The notes under the pieces are model-generated. The model saw only the letters and a list, made by a program, of their open reading frames with translations, was not told the origin of the DNA and did no database searches. Positions 18,578 through 28,969 of a DNA stretch of 64,000 nucleotides are shown piece after piece (the stretch's first letter is position 1; each line of letters opens with the position of its first letter). Source of the DNA: Candidatus Latescibacterota bacterium (GTDB taxonomy: Bacteria > Latescibacterota > UBA2968 > UBA8231); contig OZ252098.1 of NCBI GenBank assembly GCA_965248355.1, forward strand, positions 928,001 to 992,000. Reading direction: 5' to 3'. A program made the position numbers and the translations under genes.

Positions 18578-19534
18578 ATGGAATACGTACAACTTGGGAG
18601 GCTCGGTGTTCGCGTGAGCCGGATCTGTCTGGGCACCGCCTTCCGCGGCCAGCGCGACGACGGCGTCGCCATGCGCGTCATCGATCGGGCCATCGACCTG
18701 GGGTGCAACTTCATCGACTGCGCCAACTTCTACGGCCGGGGGCGCTCCGAGACCGTCCTCGGGCGGGCCATCCGGGACAAGCGCGACGATTTGTTCCTCA
18801 CCACCAAGGTGTGGAGCCGGATGGGGCCCGGACCCAACGACGCCGGATCCTCGCGCTACCACATCGCCCGCGAGGTCGAGCGCAGCCTCGGGCGGCTCGG
18901 CACCGACCGCATCGACCTCTACCTGCTTCACAGCTGGGATCCCGACTCGCCCCTGGACGAGACCCTGCGGGCCATGGACGACCTGGTGCGCCAGGGCAAG
19001 GTCCTCTACGTGGGCGCCTGCAATTTCACCGCCGCCCAGGCCGTGGAAGGTCTGTGGACGGCCGACCGCCTCGGCCTCGACGCCTTCGCCTGCCTGCAGA
19101 ACGAGTACAACCTACTTCACCGCTGGGAGATCGAGGCGGAGTTGCTGGCCCTGGTCCGCCGCCGCGGGCTCGGGATGATGACCTACAGCCCGCTGGCCGT
19201 GGGCCTGCTCACCGGACGCTTTCGCCGCGGACAGCCGCCGCCCCCGGGATCGCACTGGGCGGGACGCCAGGACTTCGACCAGACCATGTCCGAGCGCACC
19301 GACGGCGTCGTGCAGACTCTCGTCGACATCGGCTCGCGACACGGCCGGACACCCGCCCAGGTGGCCCTGGCCTGGCTTCTCGACCACCCGGAGGTGACGG
19401 CGCCGATGATCGGCCCGGACCGGCCCGAGCACGTGGACGAAACCCTCGCTGCCGTCGACTGGCAGCTTCCGTCCGAGGATCGAGCCACCCTCGACGCGGT
19501 GACGAAGGTGGAGCTGTCACGGCAGTACAAGTGA
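18578..19534 (+). CDS. Aldo/keto reductase
   Basis: LGRLG..VSRICLGT, IDCANFYG.G.SE, TK, RLGTDRIDLYLLH, YSPLA.G.L. Confidence 0.93.
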   Translation: MEYVQLGRLGVRVSRICLGTAFRGQRDDGVAMRVIDRAIDLGCNFIDCANFYGRGRSETVLGRAIRDKRDDLFLTTKVWSRMGPGPNDAGSSRYHIAREVERSLGRLGTDRIDLYLLHSWDPDSPLDETLRAMDDLVRQGKVLYVGACNFTAAQAVEGLWTADRLGLDAFACLQNEYNLLHRWEIEAELLALVRRRGLGMMTYSPLAVGLLTGRFRRGQPPPPGSHWAGRQDFDQTMSERTDGVVQTLVDIGSRHGRTPAQVALAWLLDHPEVTAPMIGPDRPEHVDETLAAVDWQLPSEDRATLDAVTKVELSRQYK

Positions 19535-21438
19535 CCGGCGGAGGGTCGGGTGCGCTCCCCGCAAGCGCCCGGCCCGCGGGAAGCCCTCTGCAGCCCCCGG
19601 AGGAGGTCTGGCTCCACTCCGACCTTCGGGGCCGCTATGAGCGCTCGTACCGGTTCTCCCGGCTCGAGGCGAGTCTGCAGGCCGACGAAGCGGGAGCTGT
19701 TGCCGGGCTCCTGACGGCCGTGGAAGAGGCCGTGAGCCGCGGCCTGCACGCCGTGGGCTTCGTCTGCTACGAAGCGGCGCCGGCCTTCGACCCGGCCCTG
19801 TCCTCCCGGCCGGGGGATCCGCTGCTGCCCCTTGCCTGGTTCGGGATCTACCGGAAGAGGCGGGATGCCGCCACCACCGACGGGCCGCCTTTCCTGAAGT
19901 ACAGACTGGGCCCTTGGGAGCCGGGCCGCAGCCCGCGGGCACACGCCGCCGCCGTGCGCCGCATTCACGACCATATCGCCGCGGGAGACACCTACCAGGT
20001 GAACTACACCTTTCCCCTGGAAGCCTCCTTCGCGGGCGATCCCGGAGGACTCTACCGCGACCTGCGGCGCTCCCAGGGAGGCGCCGGGTTCTGTGCCTTT
20101 CTGGACCTCGGGCGGGCCGTGGTGGTCTCCGCCTCACCGGAGTTGTTCTTCGCGCTCGGCGCTGACGGCCGCATCGAGGCGCGTCCCATGAAGGGCACCC
20201 GCCCCCGGGGACGCTGGCTGGAGGAAGACGAGGAACTCGCCCGCGAGCTGATGGCCAGCAGCAAGGAGCGGGCGGAGAACGTCATGATCGTGGACCTGCT
20301 GCGGAACGACCTCGGCCGGGTGGCCAGGAGCGGGTCGGTGCGAGTACCCCGCTTGTGGCAGGCGGAGGCTCTGGACACGGTCTGGCAGATGACCTCGACG
20401 GTCACCGCAAGGCTGCGGGAGGAGGTGGGGTTGCGGCAGATCTTCGAGGCCCTGTTCCCCTGCGGATCGGTCACCGGGGCGCCGAAGGTGCGCACGACCC
20501 GGATCATCCGACAGCTCGAGACCACCCCTCGGGGGGTGTACACGGGCTCCATCGGTTACCTGTCTCCAACCGGCCGGGAAGGCGGTGCGGGCCGGCTGCG
20601 GGGGATGGAAGCCCGGTTCTCGGTCGCCATCCGCACGGTCACCCTCGACCGAACGGCCGGCATCGCCAGGGCCGGGGTGGGCGGCGGCATCACCTCCGAC
20701 TCGGAGGCTTCCTCCGAGTACCGGGAATGCCTGACGAAGGCCCGCTTCCTGACCCCTTCCGCGCCCGAGTTCGAGCTCCTCGAGCGTCTCCTGTTTGAGC
20801 CGGAACACGGATACTATCTTCTCGAGCGCCATCTGCGCAGGCTGGAGGGCTCGGCGAGGTATTTCGGATTCGACTTCGACGAAGCCCGGGTGCGCTCCAG
20901 CCTTGCCGCCGCCGCCGCCGGGGCCCGCCGGCCCCTGAGCGTGCGACTGACGATGACCAGGGACGGCCGCACCGCCGTCGAGTCCTTCGAGGCCGAGGCG
21001 GCCCCCTCGGAGATGACGGCGGTCATCGCCCGGCGGGTCGTGGTCGACGACGAGGACCGGTTCCTCTACCACAAGACCACCAACCGCGGGGTCTACGACA
21101 CGGCCCGGACCGAGGCGCGCCGACGCGGCGCCCAGGAGGCGATTCTGCGCAACCAGCGCGGCGAGGTCACCGAAGCCACGGGGGGAAACGTGGTGGTGGA
21201 AACGGCGTCCGGGCGCTTCACTCCGCTCCTTTCCAGCGGACTTCTGCCCGGGACGATGCGCGCCGAATTGCTGGCCAGGGGCGAGGCGAAGGAGCGCCGC
21301 ATGCGGGTGGAGGACCTGGAAGCCGCGAAGGCGGTGTACCGGATCGATTCGGTACGGCGCAAGGTGCGCCTGAGGATTCTGGACACGGCCGGCCGGGAGG
21401 CCGTGCCGAAACGAGAGACCGCCGGCTCCGGCCGGTGA
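19531..21438 (+). CDS. pabB: Aminodeoxychorismate synthase component I fused to ADC-lyase/aminotransferase class IV domain
   Basis: GDTYQVN, SPELF, PMKGT, KERAENVMIVDLLRNDL, FPCGSVTGAPK, AIRT; C-terminal LLERHL.RL, HKTT.R, TE...N, GLLPG..R. Confidence 0.88.
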   Translation: MTGGGSGALPASARPAGSPLQPPEEVWLHSDLRGRYERSYRFSRLEASLQADEAGAVAGLLTAVEEAVSRGLHAVGFVCYEAAPAFDPALSSRPGDPLLPLAWFGIYRKRRDAATTDGPPFLKYRLGPWEPGRSPRAHAAAVRRIHDHIAAGDTYQVNYTFPLEASFAGDPGGLYRDLRRSQGGAGFCAFLDLGRAVVVSASPELFFALGADGRIEARPMKGTRPRGRWLEEDEELARELMASSKERAENVMIVDLLRNDLGRVARSGSVRVPRLWQAEALDTVWQMTSTVTARLREEVGLRQIFEALFPCGSVTGAPKVRTTRIIRQLETTPRGVYTGSIGYLSPTGREGGAGRLRGMEARFSVAIRTVTLDRTAGIARAGVGGGITSDSEASSEYRECLTKARFLTPSAPEFELLERLLFEPEHGYYLLERHLRRLEGSARYFGFDFDEARVRSSLAAAAAGARRPLSVRLTMTRDGRTAVESFEAEAAPSEMTAVIARRVVVDDEDRFLYHKTTNRGVYDTARTEARRRGAQEAILRNQRGEVTEATGGNVVVETASGRFTPLLSSGLLPGTMRAELLARGEAKERRMRVEDLEAAKAVYRIDSVRRKVRLRILDTAGREAVPKRETAGSGR

Positions 21439-22652
21439 CTCGGGGAGGGGGCATCGTGTATCGCATGGGAGAGGCGGAGATCCGCCGGATCCGCCGCCTG
21501 ATCGAGTCGGGAGAGATCTTCCGCTACGGCTCCGGAGGCGAGTGCGACCGATTCGAGGCGGCCTGGGCCTCCCACCTGGGCGTGAAGTACGCGCGCATGA
21601 CCCGGTCCGGAACCTCCGCCCTGTACACCGCCCTCGTCGGTCTCGGCGTGGGACCGGGGGACCAGGTGGTGGTGCCGGCCTACACCTACATGGCGACGGC
21701 GCTGGCGGTGCTGTCGGCCGGGGCCATCCCCGTGATCGCCGACGTGGACGACTCTCTCACCCTGTCGGCTGCGGACCTGGAACGCCGCCTGACCCGGCAC
21801 ACGCGGGCCGTGATCCCCGTGCACATGGTCGGGCTCCCCTGCGACATGGACGGCATCATGAAGGTCGCCCGGCGCCACGACCTGCTCGTCCTGGAAGACG
21901 CCTGCCAGGCCGTCGGCGGGGGCTACCGGGGCAAGGCCCTGGGAGCGATCGGCCACGCCGGCGCCTTCAGCTTCAACTTCTTCAAGAACATCACCTGCGG
22001 AGAAGGCGGGGCCTTCGTCACCAGGTCCAAGGCGGTGTTCGACCGGGGCTCCGTGGCCGTCGACTGCTGCTCCTTCTACTGGGAAGCGGGCCCGGAGGCG
22101 GACGACGGGCCGCGGTCTCCCGAAGACCTGCAGTTCGCCGGTCACAACTTCCGCGCCTCCGAGTTCGAGGGAGCCATCCTCAACGTCCAGCTCCGGCGCC
22201 TCGATCGGATGCTCGCAAGGATGCGGGATCAGAAGAAGGCCCTGGTCGAGGCCGGGGAGGCCGCGGGTCTGACCTCGATCCGCAACCACAGCCTGGACCA
22301 CGAGTGCGGTACCCACGCCGGTTTCCTGTTCGATACAGCGGAGCGAGCGCGGGCGTTCTCGGCGGAGCTCGGCCGCAGGGGCGTGGGCAGCTTCCGACCC
22401 GTGGATACGGGCCGCCACGTGTATACCCGGTGGGAGCCGATCCTGCGGCAGCAGGGAGCGCACCATCCGGCCCTGGACCCGTTCAAGATCCCGGCCAACC
22501 GCAAGTGCCGGGTGAGCTACTCCCGCGACATGTGCGCCCGCTCCCTCGACATCCTGGGGCGCGCCGTGCTGGTGCCGTGCCATCCCGACCACCGAAAGCC
22601 CCGGATCGAGGCCATGATCAGGGGGCTGGAAGACGCCTCGGCTGGGTCATGA
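21435..22652 (+). CDS. DegT/DnrJ/EryC1/StrS-family aminotransferase
   Basis: SGTSAL, GVGPGD.V.VP, PVHM.G, EDACQA.G, FSFNFFKNITCGEGG; start may be 21456/21465. Confidence 0.9.
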   Translation: MTRGGGIVYRMGEAEIRRIRRLIESGEIFRYGSGGECDRFEAAWASHLGVKYARMTRSGTSALYTALVGLGVGPGDQVVVPAYTYMATALAVLSAGAIPVIADVDDSLTLSAADLERRLTRHTRAVIPVHMVGLPCDMDGIMKVARRHDLLVLEDACQAVGGGYRGKALGAIGHAGAFSFNFFKNITCGEGGAFVTRSKAVFDRGSVAVDCCSFYWEAGPEADDGPRSPEDLQFAGHNFRASEFEGAILNVQLRRLDRMLARMRDQKKALVEAGEAAGLTSIRNHSLDHECGTHAGFLFDTAERARAFSAELGRRGVGSFRPVDTGRHVYTRWEPILRQQGAHHPALDPFKIPANRKCRVSYSRDMCARSLDILGRAVLVPCHPDHRKPRIEAMIRGLEDASAGS

Positions 22653-24670
22653 AGGGCCCCCCGGAGCTGATCACCGTCGGTTCCGATCCCGGCAGCGGCG
22701 ACCGGCGCCTGCTGGCGCCCCGCGCTCTGACGACGCCGTGCGGGCTGGCTCCGCCCGCCGACCTGGCGGCCTGGCGGCGCCGGGCCGCCCACATCCGCGA
22801 ACGGATCCTCTCGGTGACCGGGCTCTTGCCGTGGCCGCCGCGGCCGCCCCTGAGAGCCCGCGTCTTCGGCCGCGTCGAGGGGCGGGGCTACTCGGTCGAA
22901 AAGGTCCACTTCGAGAGCCTGCCGGGATTCTTCGTGTGCGGCAATCTCTACCGGCCCCTCGGTCTGAGCGAGGCGGCGCCCGGGATCGCCTGCCCCCACG
23001 GACACTGGTCGGCGGGCCGGCTCCACCACGAGCCCGTGGGCTCGGTCCCCGGCCGCGGCATCGGTCTGGCCCGCCTCGGCTGCGTGGCCTTCACCTACGA
23101 CATGGTGGGCTACAACGACTCCGCCCAGGTCGAGCACCGCCACCCCTTCGGGCCTGGCGCCGGGCCGTGGGGCGTCGGCCAACTCGGGCTGCAGCTGTGG
23201 AACAGCCTTCGGGTCATCGATTTCCTGTGCTCGCTGGACGACGTCGACGATGGCCGCATCGGCGTCACCGGCGCCTCCGGCGGCGGCACCCAGACCTTTC
23301 TGCTGACGGCCGTCGACGACCGCGTGGCCGCCGCCGCCCCGGTGAACATGATCTCGGGTCACATGCAGGGGGGGTGCGTCTGCGAGAATCAGGCTCATCT
23401 GCGCATCGATCTGAACAACATCGAGATCGCCGCCTGCGCGGCGCCCCGGCCGCTGATGATGGTCTCGGCCACCGGCGACTGGACCGTGCACACGCCGTAT
23501 CACGAATACCCCGCCGTCCGCCGGGTCTACGATCTCTTCGGAGCCGCTGGCCGCGTCCACACCTGCCAGGTGGAGGCGGAACACAACTACAATCAGGCGA
23601 GCCGGGAGGCCGTGTACGGCTTCTTCCGCCGCTACCTGCTCGATGGTTCGAGCGCATCGGTGCGGGAGGCAGCCCTGGACCCCGTCGATCCGGCGGATCT
23701 CCAGGTCTTCTCCCGGCATCCCGCCTCGGGCCGGCCCCTGCTGCCGCAACGGGCCCTGGCGCCGCAGGGCCTTGTCGACGCCGTCGAGCGCAGGCTCAGG
23801 CGCCGCAACGCCCTCCTGCAGCCGGGGGACAGCCGCGGACTGCGGCGGTTGCGCTCGGTCCTCGGTCCGGCCCTGAGGCACTCTCTCTCGGCGCGCATGC
23901 CCGCCGACGGCGAGGTGGATGTCCTGGAGCGGGGGCGGGAGCGCCTGCGCCGGTCCGGAGGAGATCTGTTGTACGAGCGTTTCCTGCTGAGGCTGGATGG
24001 CGGCGCCGTTCCGGCGCTGATGGTCTCGGCGCCCTCGGCAGCCCGGGGCCCGGCGGCCCTGCTGGTCCACGGCGAGGGCAAGGCGGCGTTGTTCACGGGG
24101 GAGGGGAGACCTCGCGCTCCGGGCCTGGACCTGCTTCGGGCGGGGCACCGGGTGTTGTACATCGATCCCTTTCTCACCGGAGAAGCCGGCGGCGGCGATC
24201 ACCCCTACCCGGGCGAGGGGATCGACCACTTCTTCACCTACAACCCGGTGCCGGCGGCGGCGCGGGTCCAGGACGTGCTCACGGCCCTGGGCTATCTGCG
24301 CGACCGGCACGACACCACCAGCCTGCGCCTGGTCGGTCAGGGGCAGGCCGGCCTCTGGTGCCTGTTCGCCGCCGCCGTGGCCGGCTCCCGGGGGCCGAGG
24401 GCCACCTGTGTCGAGGTGACGGGATTCCACTTCGAGCGGGACTGGGAGGAGACCTGCCCCGTCCCGGCGATCCGCGCCGCCGGCGACGTGACCACCGCCG
24501 CGGCCCTGGTCGCGCCGGCCCGGCTGGCCGTTCACGGGGCCACGGCCGGCCATCGATTCCCGGCCGCCGCTGTCAGGAGGGTCTTCCGGTCGTCGGCCCA
24601 CCCCGAGGCCCTGACCATCGCCAGCCGCCCATGGCCGGCCGCCCGGCAGGCGAGCTGGCTCCTGGCCTAG
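22649..24670 (+). CDS. Two-domain alpha/beta hydrolase (acetylxylan esterase-like)
   Basis: CPHGH, YDMVGY, GVTGASGGGTQT nucleophile elbow, GGCVCEN, AAPRP, HNY; second degenerate hydrolase domain. Confidence 0.8.
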   Translation: MKGPPELITVGSDPGSGDRRLLAPRALTTPCGLAPPADLAAWRRRAAHIRERILSVTGLLPWPPRPPLRARVFGRVEGRGYSVEKVHFESLPGFFVCGNLYRPLGLSEAAPGIACPHGHWSAGRLHHEPVGSVPGRGIGLARLGCVAFTYDMVGYNDSAQVEHRHPFGPGAGPWGVGQLGLQLWNSLRVIDFLCSLDDVDDGRIGVTGASGGGTQTFLLTAVDDRVAAAAPVNMISGHMQGGCVCENQAHLRIDLNNIEIAACAAPRPLMMVSATGDWTVHTPYHEYPAVRRVYDLFGAAGRVHTCQVEAEHNYNQASREAVYGFFRRYLLDGSSASVREAALDPVDPADLQVFSRHPASGRPLLPQRALAPQGLVDAVERRLRRRNALLQPGDSRGLRRLRSVLGPALRHSLSARMPADGEVDVLERGRERLRRSGGDLLYERFLLRLDGGAVPALMVSAPSAARGPAALLVHGEGKAALFTGEGRPRAPGLDLLRAGHRVLYIDPFLTGEAGGGDHPYPGEGIDHFFTYNPVPAAARVQDVLTALGYLRDRHDTTSLRLVGQGQAGLWCLFAAAVAGSRGPRATCVEVTGFHFERDWEETCPVPAIRAAGDVTTAAALVAPARLAVHGATAGHRFPAAAVRRVFRSSAHPEALTIASRPWPAARQASWLLA

Positions 24671-24695
24671 TGGGGGGCAGGCCCCCGGTCCGGCG

Positions 24696-25583
24696 ATGAA
24701 CTCCGAAGAGCTGCAGGCGAAGAAGGGCCGAGGCGAGCCGATCGTGGTGCTCACCTGCTACGACAGCCCTACGGCGGCCTGGCAGGAGGCGGCCGGTGTC
24801 GACGTCGTGTTCTGCGCCGACAGCGTCGGCACGAACCTGCTCGGGTACGACGACGAGCGGCAGGTCACCATGGACGACATGATCCACCACCTCAAGGCCG
24901 TCCGGCGCGGCCTGGGGGACGGCGCCTACCTGCTCGCCGACCTGCCGTACGGCTCCTGCGACCGGCCCGGGGAGGCTCTGGACAACTCCCTGCGCTTCAC
25001 CGCTCTCGGCGCCGACGGCGTCAAGCTGGAGGGATTCAGGCCGGGAGAGGTTGCGGCCCTGAGCGAGCGCGGACTCGACGTGTGGTGCCATCTCGGCCTG
25101 AACCCGCAGATCCATGAGGCCAAGCGGATCAAGGCGCGTACGGCAAAGGCCGCCGCCCGGCTCGTGGAGAGGGCCCTCCGGCTGGAGGACGCGGGGGCGC
25201 GTTTCCTGGTCCTCGAGCTGATCCCGGAGGAGGTGGCCCGCGCCGTCACCGAGCGCCTCGCCATCCCCACCATCGGCATCGCCGCCGGCCGCTTCACGGA
25301 TGGTCAGGTACTCGTCGTCACCGACCTGCTCGGTGTCCACGAACTCGATCTGCGCCACGTGCGCCGATACGCCGAGTTCGCGCGGCAGGGGAGACGGGCC
25401 TTCGCCGACTACGCCGCCGATGTGCGCCAGGGCCGCTTTCCCGCCCCCGGGCAGGCATGGCGGATGAAGGAGGGCGAGGCGGCCGAATTCGAGCGGTGGC
25501 TGGCCGGACATCCTTCCATCACGACGCTTCCTTCAGGTCCGCCTGCAGGTCGAGGCGGGGCAGGTCCACATGCCGGACCCTGA
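24696..25583 (+). CDS. panB: 3-methyl-2-oxobutanoate hydroxymethyltransferase
   Basis: LTCYD, ADS.G, VTMDDM.HH..AVRRG, DLPYGS, VKLEG, HLGLNPQ, IPTIGI..G...DGQVLV..DLLG. Confidence 0.9.
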   Translation: MNSEELQAKKGRGEPIVVLTCYDSPTAAWQEAAGVDVVFCADSVGTNLLGYDDERQVTMDDMIHHLKAVRRGLGDGAYLLADLPYGSCDRPGEALDNSLRFTALGADGVKLEGFRPGEVAALSERGLDVWCHLGLNPQIHEAKRIKARTAKAAARLVERALRLEDAGARFLVLELIPEEVARAVTERLAIPTIGIAAGRFTDGQVLVVTDLLGVHELDLRHVRRYAEFARQGRRAFADYAADVRQGRFPAPGQAWRMKEGEAAEFERWLAGHPSITTLPSGPPAGRGGAGPHAGP

Positions 25584-27384
25584 CCTCGTAACGACTCCCC
25601 GGCCGGCCCCCTGACGGCAGGCTGACCGAGGTCTCCAGGGCGAGCTCAGGGATCAGCAGCAGGCCCCGCCGCCCCCTCACGTCGATCAGCTCCGCTTCGC
25701 CCTGCCATCCGGGCCGCTGTTGCAGCCAGGCCAGGGTCCAGTGGCGGTTGGCGAGCCGTTCGGTGGTGCGCACCGCCCTGGACGCGGCCTCGGCCTGTGC
25801 CCCGCGCTCCAGCATCCGCCCTTCGTCGAGTGGCTCGGTACCCGTCGCCCAGGCCCGGAGCTGCTGATGGACGAGCAGATCGAGATAGCGGCGCAGGGGG
25901 CTCGTTGCGCGCACATAGGCCTGCAGTCCCAGGCCCTGGTGCGGCGCCGGCTCTCCGCTGACGCGGGCGGGAGCCTGTCGGCGGCGCAGGGAGAAGGCGG
26001 CGGCCAGGGACCCCTCCGGGGCCGGCTGGACCGCGTCGATGGCGGGGTTCGCCTGCTGCACGGAGAACGGCATGGGGACCCCGCTCTCGGCGGCCCGGCG
26101 GGCCGTCCCTTCGCCGGCCAGCACCATGGCCTCGGCCACCATCCTCCGGATCGGGGAGGGCACGAGGGGCTCGATGTCGATGACCGGCCCCTCCCTCTCA
26201 CCGCTGACGCGGATGCGCGCTTCCGGCCACTGCAGGTCGAGGGCCCCTGCGGCCATCCTCCGGAAACGGGCCAGATCGGTCAGCTGCACCAGCTGCTCGA
26301 GGATCGGGTTCCCGGCCCGGCGTTCCTGGGCGGCTCCATAGCTCAACCGCTCGACCCGCACCTGGGAAAGCAGGAAACCGCACTCCGTGACCGAGCCCTC
26401 GCCGTCGAGCACAAGGCGAAAGGACAGGGCTGGCGACTCCCCCCCTTCGCCCAGGCCCAGCGCCAGTCCATCCACCACCCGGCCCGGCAGCATCGGCACC
26501 TGGCCATCGGGCAGATAGAGGGTGGCCCCTCGTCCCCGGGCCTCCAGGTCCGCCGGGGTGTCCGGGGCCACCACGGAGGCCACGTCGGCCACGTGCACCC
26601 AGATGGCTCCGTCCTCGTCCAGGGAGACGGCGTCGTCGGGATCGCGGCTGCCTTCGTCGTCTATGGCGAAGGCGGGCATATGGGTGAGATCCCGCCGGGG
26701 CTCGGAGGCTGGATCTCCGACGGGCGCACGGGGCGCCTCCAGGGAGAGTCCGTTCCTGGCGGCGTAGGGCAGGTCGCTCACCGACCAGTGGCCGATTTCC
26801 AGCAGCAGAGCATGTGCGTTCTCCGCCGTCTCGGCGCGGCCCAGCTCCTTCAGCAGGGAGGAACCCTGGCGGCGGCCCCGGGCCAACTCCTCCAGGGGGC
26901 GGAGGAAGTCGTCGTCCCCGGCGGCCGCGGCGCCGCGGCGCATGCGGTCGACAAAGGCGGACCAGGCTTGGGCCCGCAGGGCCGCCTGCTCGCGGCGGAG
27001 GCTCTCCTCGGCCACCTCCCCGGAGGAGCGGGCGAGCACGGCCTCCGGCGATCCGGAGAAGTGCAGACCGTCGGCGACCAGTCGCCAGCTGGCCCATACG
27101 GCGGCCGGTGTGACGCCGCCGAAGAGGAGCTCGGCGAGAGTCGCCAGATCGCAGGAGCCTTCGCCGTGGAGCAGGTCGCGCACCACGTCGACGGGCTCGA
27201 CCGGTTCCGGGGCGGAGAGGCCGGCCAGCGTACAGGGTCCGGGATGCAGCAGCGTCACGTCTTTCGGCCGAACGCGGCGCAATCCACCCTCGGTCTCGAT
27301 TTCCAGGCGGTTCGTCCCGGGTTTCTTGACGCAGGCTTGACGGCCCTTGTAGAGTACGAGCCCGCCTGTGGGCAGTTCACTCAT
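25519..27384 (-). CDS. RNB-domain 3'-5' exoribonuclease (RNase II family)
   Basis: FAIDDEGSRDPDDAVS, VHVADV, TLYLP...PMLP, EAMVLAG, HQGLGL.AY..ATSPLRRY.DL..HQQL. Confidence 0.9.
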   Translation of the reverse strand: MSELPTGGLVLYKGRQACVKKPGTNRLEIETEGGLRRVRPKDVTLLHPGPCTLAGLSAPEPVEPVDVVRDLLHGEGSCDLATLAELLFGGVTPAAVWASWRLVADGLHFSGSPEAVLARSSGEVAEESLRREQAALRAQAWSAFVDRMRRGAAAAGDDDFLRPLEELARGRRQGSSLLKELGRAETAENAHALLLEIGHWSVSDLPYAARNGLSLEAPRAPVGDPASEPRRDLTHMPAFAIDDEGSRDPDDAVSLDEDGAIWVHVADVASVVAPDTPADLEARGRGATLYLPDGQVPMLPGRVVDGLALGLGEGGESPALSFRLVLDGEGSVTECGFLLSQVRVERLSYGAAQERRAGNPILEQLVQLTDLARFRRMAAGALDLQWPEARIRVSGEREGPVIDIEPLVPSPIRRMVAEAMVLAGEGTARRAAESGVPMPFSVQQANPAIDAVQPAPEGSLAAAFSLRRRQAPARVSGEPAPHQGLGLQAYVRATSPLRRYLDLLVHQQLRAWATGTEPLDEGRMLERGAQAEAASRAVRTTERLANRHWTLAWLQQRPGWQGEAELIDVRGRRGLLLIPELALETSVSLPSGGRPGSRYEVRVRHVDLPRLDLQADLKEAS

Positions 27385-27475
27385 TCCCGATCCTCCGTCC
27401 TCTTCGTGCAAAGCTGCACCCGCCCCTGCCGGCTGTCCACGGCGGCCTTTCCCGGCGGCCCCCGCTAGGCTCGGC

Positions 27476-28969
27476 GTGTCCCGGGATCTCTCTCTCGGCA
27501 TCGACCTGGGCACCACCAGCGTCAAGGTCCTGCTGCTCCACCGGAGCGGACGGGTGGAGGCGACCGCCTCGGCCGGCTACCCCCTGCACACCCCGAGGCC
27601 CCGGTGGGTCGAGCAGGAGCCGGGGGACTGGTGGCGGGCCACGTGCGAGGCCTTGCGCCAGGTTCTGCGGGCGATAGAGCCCGGCCGCATCGACGGACTC
27701 TCCCTTTCGGGGCAGCTGAACGGCGGGCTCTTCCTCGACGAGAGGCTGGAGCCGCTGCGACCGGTGCCGATCTGGCTCGACCACAGGGCCGAGGAGGTCT
27801 GCCGGCGGGTGCATGCCAGCAGGGCGGCGGCTTGTCTGCTCGAGAGGGCCCGGCAGCGCTTGACGCCCGTCAACACGCTGGCCAAGATCCTCTGGGTGCG
27901 CGACCACGAACCGGAGGTGTACGAGAGGACCCGCGTCGTCCTGCTGCCGAAGGACTGGCTTCGCCTGCGCCTCACCGGCAGCCCGGGCACCGACCTGACC
28001 GATGCCTCGGTGACCGCCGCCCTCGACCTGCAGGAGGGATGCTGGTCGTCGGAGATCCTCCAGGCCCTGGGTGTGGACGAGGGCCTGTTTCCATCCCTGT
28101 CCCGGTCGACCGACGTGGTCGGCGCCGTCACCGAGGAGGCGGCGGCCGCCACCGGACTGCCGGCCGGCATCCCGGTGTGCGCCGGAGGCGGGGACATGCC
28201 CTGTCTGGCGGTCGGCAGTGGCGTGGTTCGTCCGGGGGTCGTCTCCCTGGGGATCGGCACCGCCGCCCACGCCACGACCTACGCTCCACGGCTCGAGACC
28301 GCTTCGGAGGCCGCCACCGAGGGGTTGTGGCCCATGTGTCATCCCGACGCCCGCGGCTACGCCTGGCTCGGCTGCTCCTTCACCGGGGGCGAGAGTCTGC
28401 GCTGGCTCACCGGGGTCCTGGAAGCCGGCTTCGAGGACCTGCTGGCCGGCGCCGCCGGAATCGATGCCGGGAGTGAAGGACTGGTCTTCGCCCCCTGGCT
28501 GGAAGGCCGGGCCACCCCGGGCCCCGACCCCTCCGCCCGGGGATGCTTCCTGGGACTGAGCCTGCGCCACGGCCGCGGCCACATGGTCCGCGCCGTCCTG
28601 GAGGGTGTGGCCTACGACCTGCGAGAGTCGCTGGAGTGCTTCCGTCTGGCCGGACTGGAGGAGCACGAGATCCGCATCGGGGAAGGGGGCCTGCGCTCCG
28701 CCTTGTGGCGGCAGATCGTGGCGGACGTGGTTGGCGTTCCGGTGCGGGTCCTGGCCGTGGAAGATCCATCCGCTCTCGGCGCGGCCCTGATCGCCGCCGT
28801 CGGAACGGGGATGTTCGACGACTTCGAGGAGGCCTGCGACGCGGCGGTAGGGCTGGCCGGGAGGGTGGAACCGGAGGACGAGGCGCGCTCGGTCTACGAG
28901 GAGGGGTTCGAGGAGTACCAACAGATCTATCCCGCCCTGCGGGACTGGCACGGAGCCCGCGGCGCGTGA
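27476..28969 (+). CDS. FGGY-family carbohydrate kinase (xylulokinase-like)
   Basis: LGIDLGTTSVK, EQ.P..WW, SGQ, PKDW...RLTG, GGGD, RAVLEGVAY, EGG..S.LW.QI.ADV. Confidence 0.9.
   Translation: MSRDLSLGIDLGTTSVKVLLLHRSGRVEATASAGYPLHTPRPRWVEQEPGDWWRATCEALRQVLRAIEPGRIDGLSLSGQLNGGLFLDERLEPLRPVPIWLDHRAEEVCRRVHASRAAACLLERARQRLTPVNTLAKILWVRDHEPEVYERTRVVLLPKDWLRLRLTGSPGTDLTDASVTAALDLQEGCWSSEILQALGVDEGLFPSLSRSTDVVGAVTEEAAAATGLPAGIPVCAGGGDMPCLAVGSGVVRPGVVSLGIGTAAHATTYAPRLETASEAATEGLWPMCHPDARGYAWLGCSFTGGESLRWLTGVLEAGFEDLLAGAAGIDAGSEGLVFAPWLEGRATPGPDPSARGCFLGLSLRHGRGHMVRAVLEGVAYDLRESLECFRLAGLEEHEIRIGEGGLRSALWRQIVADVVGVPVRVLAVEDPSALGAALIAAVGTGMFDDFEEACDAAVGLAGRVEPEDEARSVYEEGFEEYQQIYPALRDWHGARGA

Noticed and set aside
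18061..19530. Apparent N-terminal extension of PabB (1125-aa ORF)
   Set aside because: Shadow frame overlapping the dehydratase and aldo/keto reductase genes
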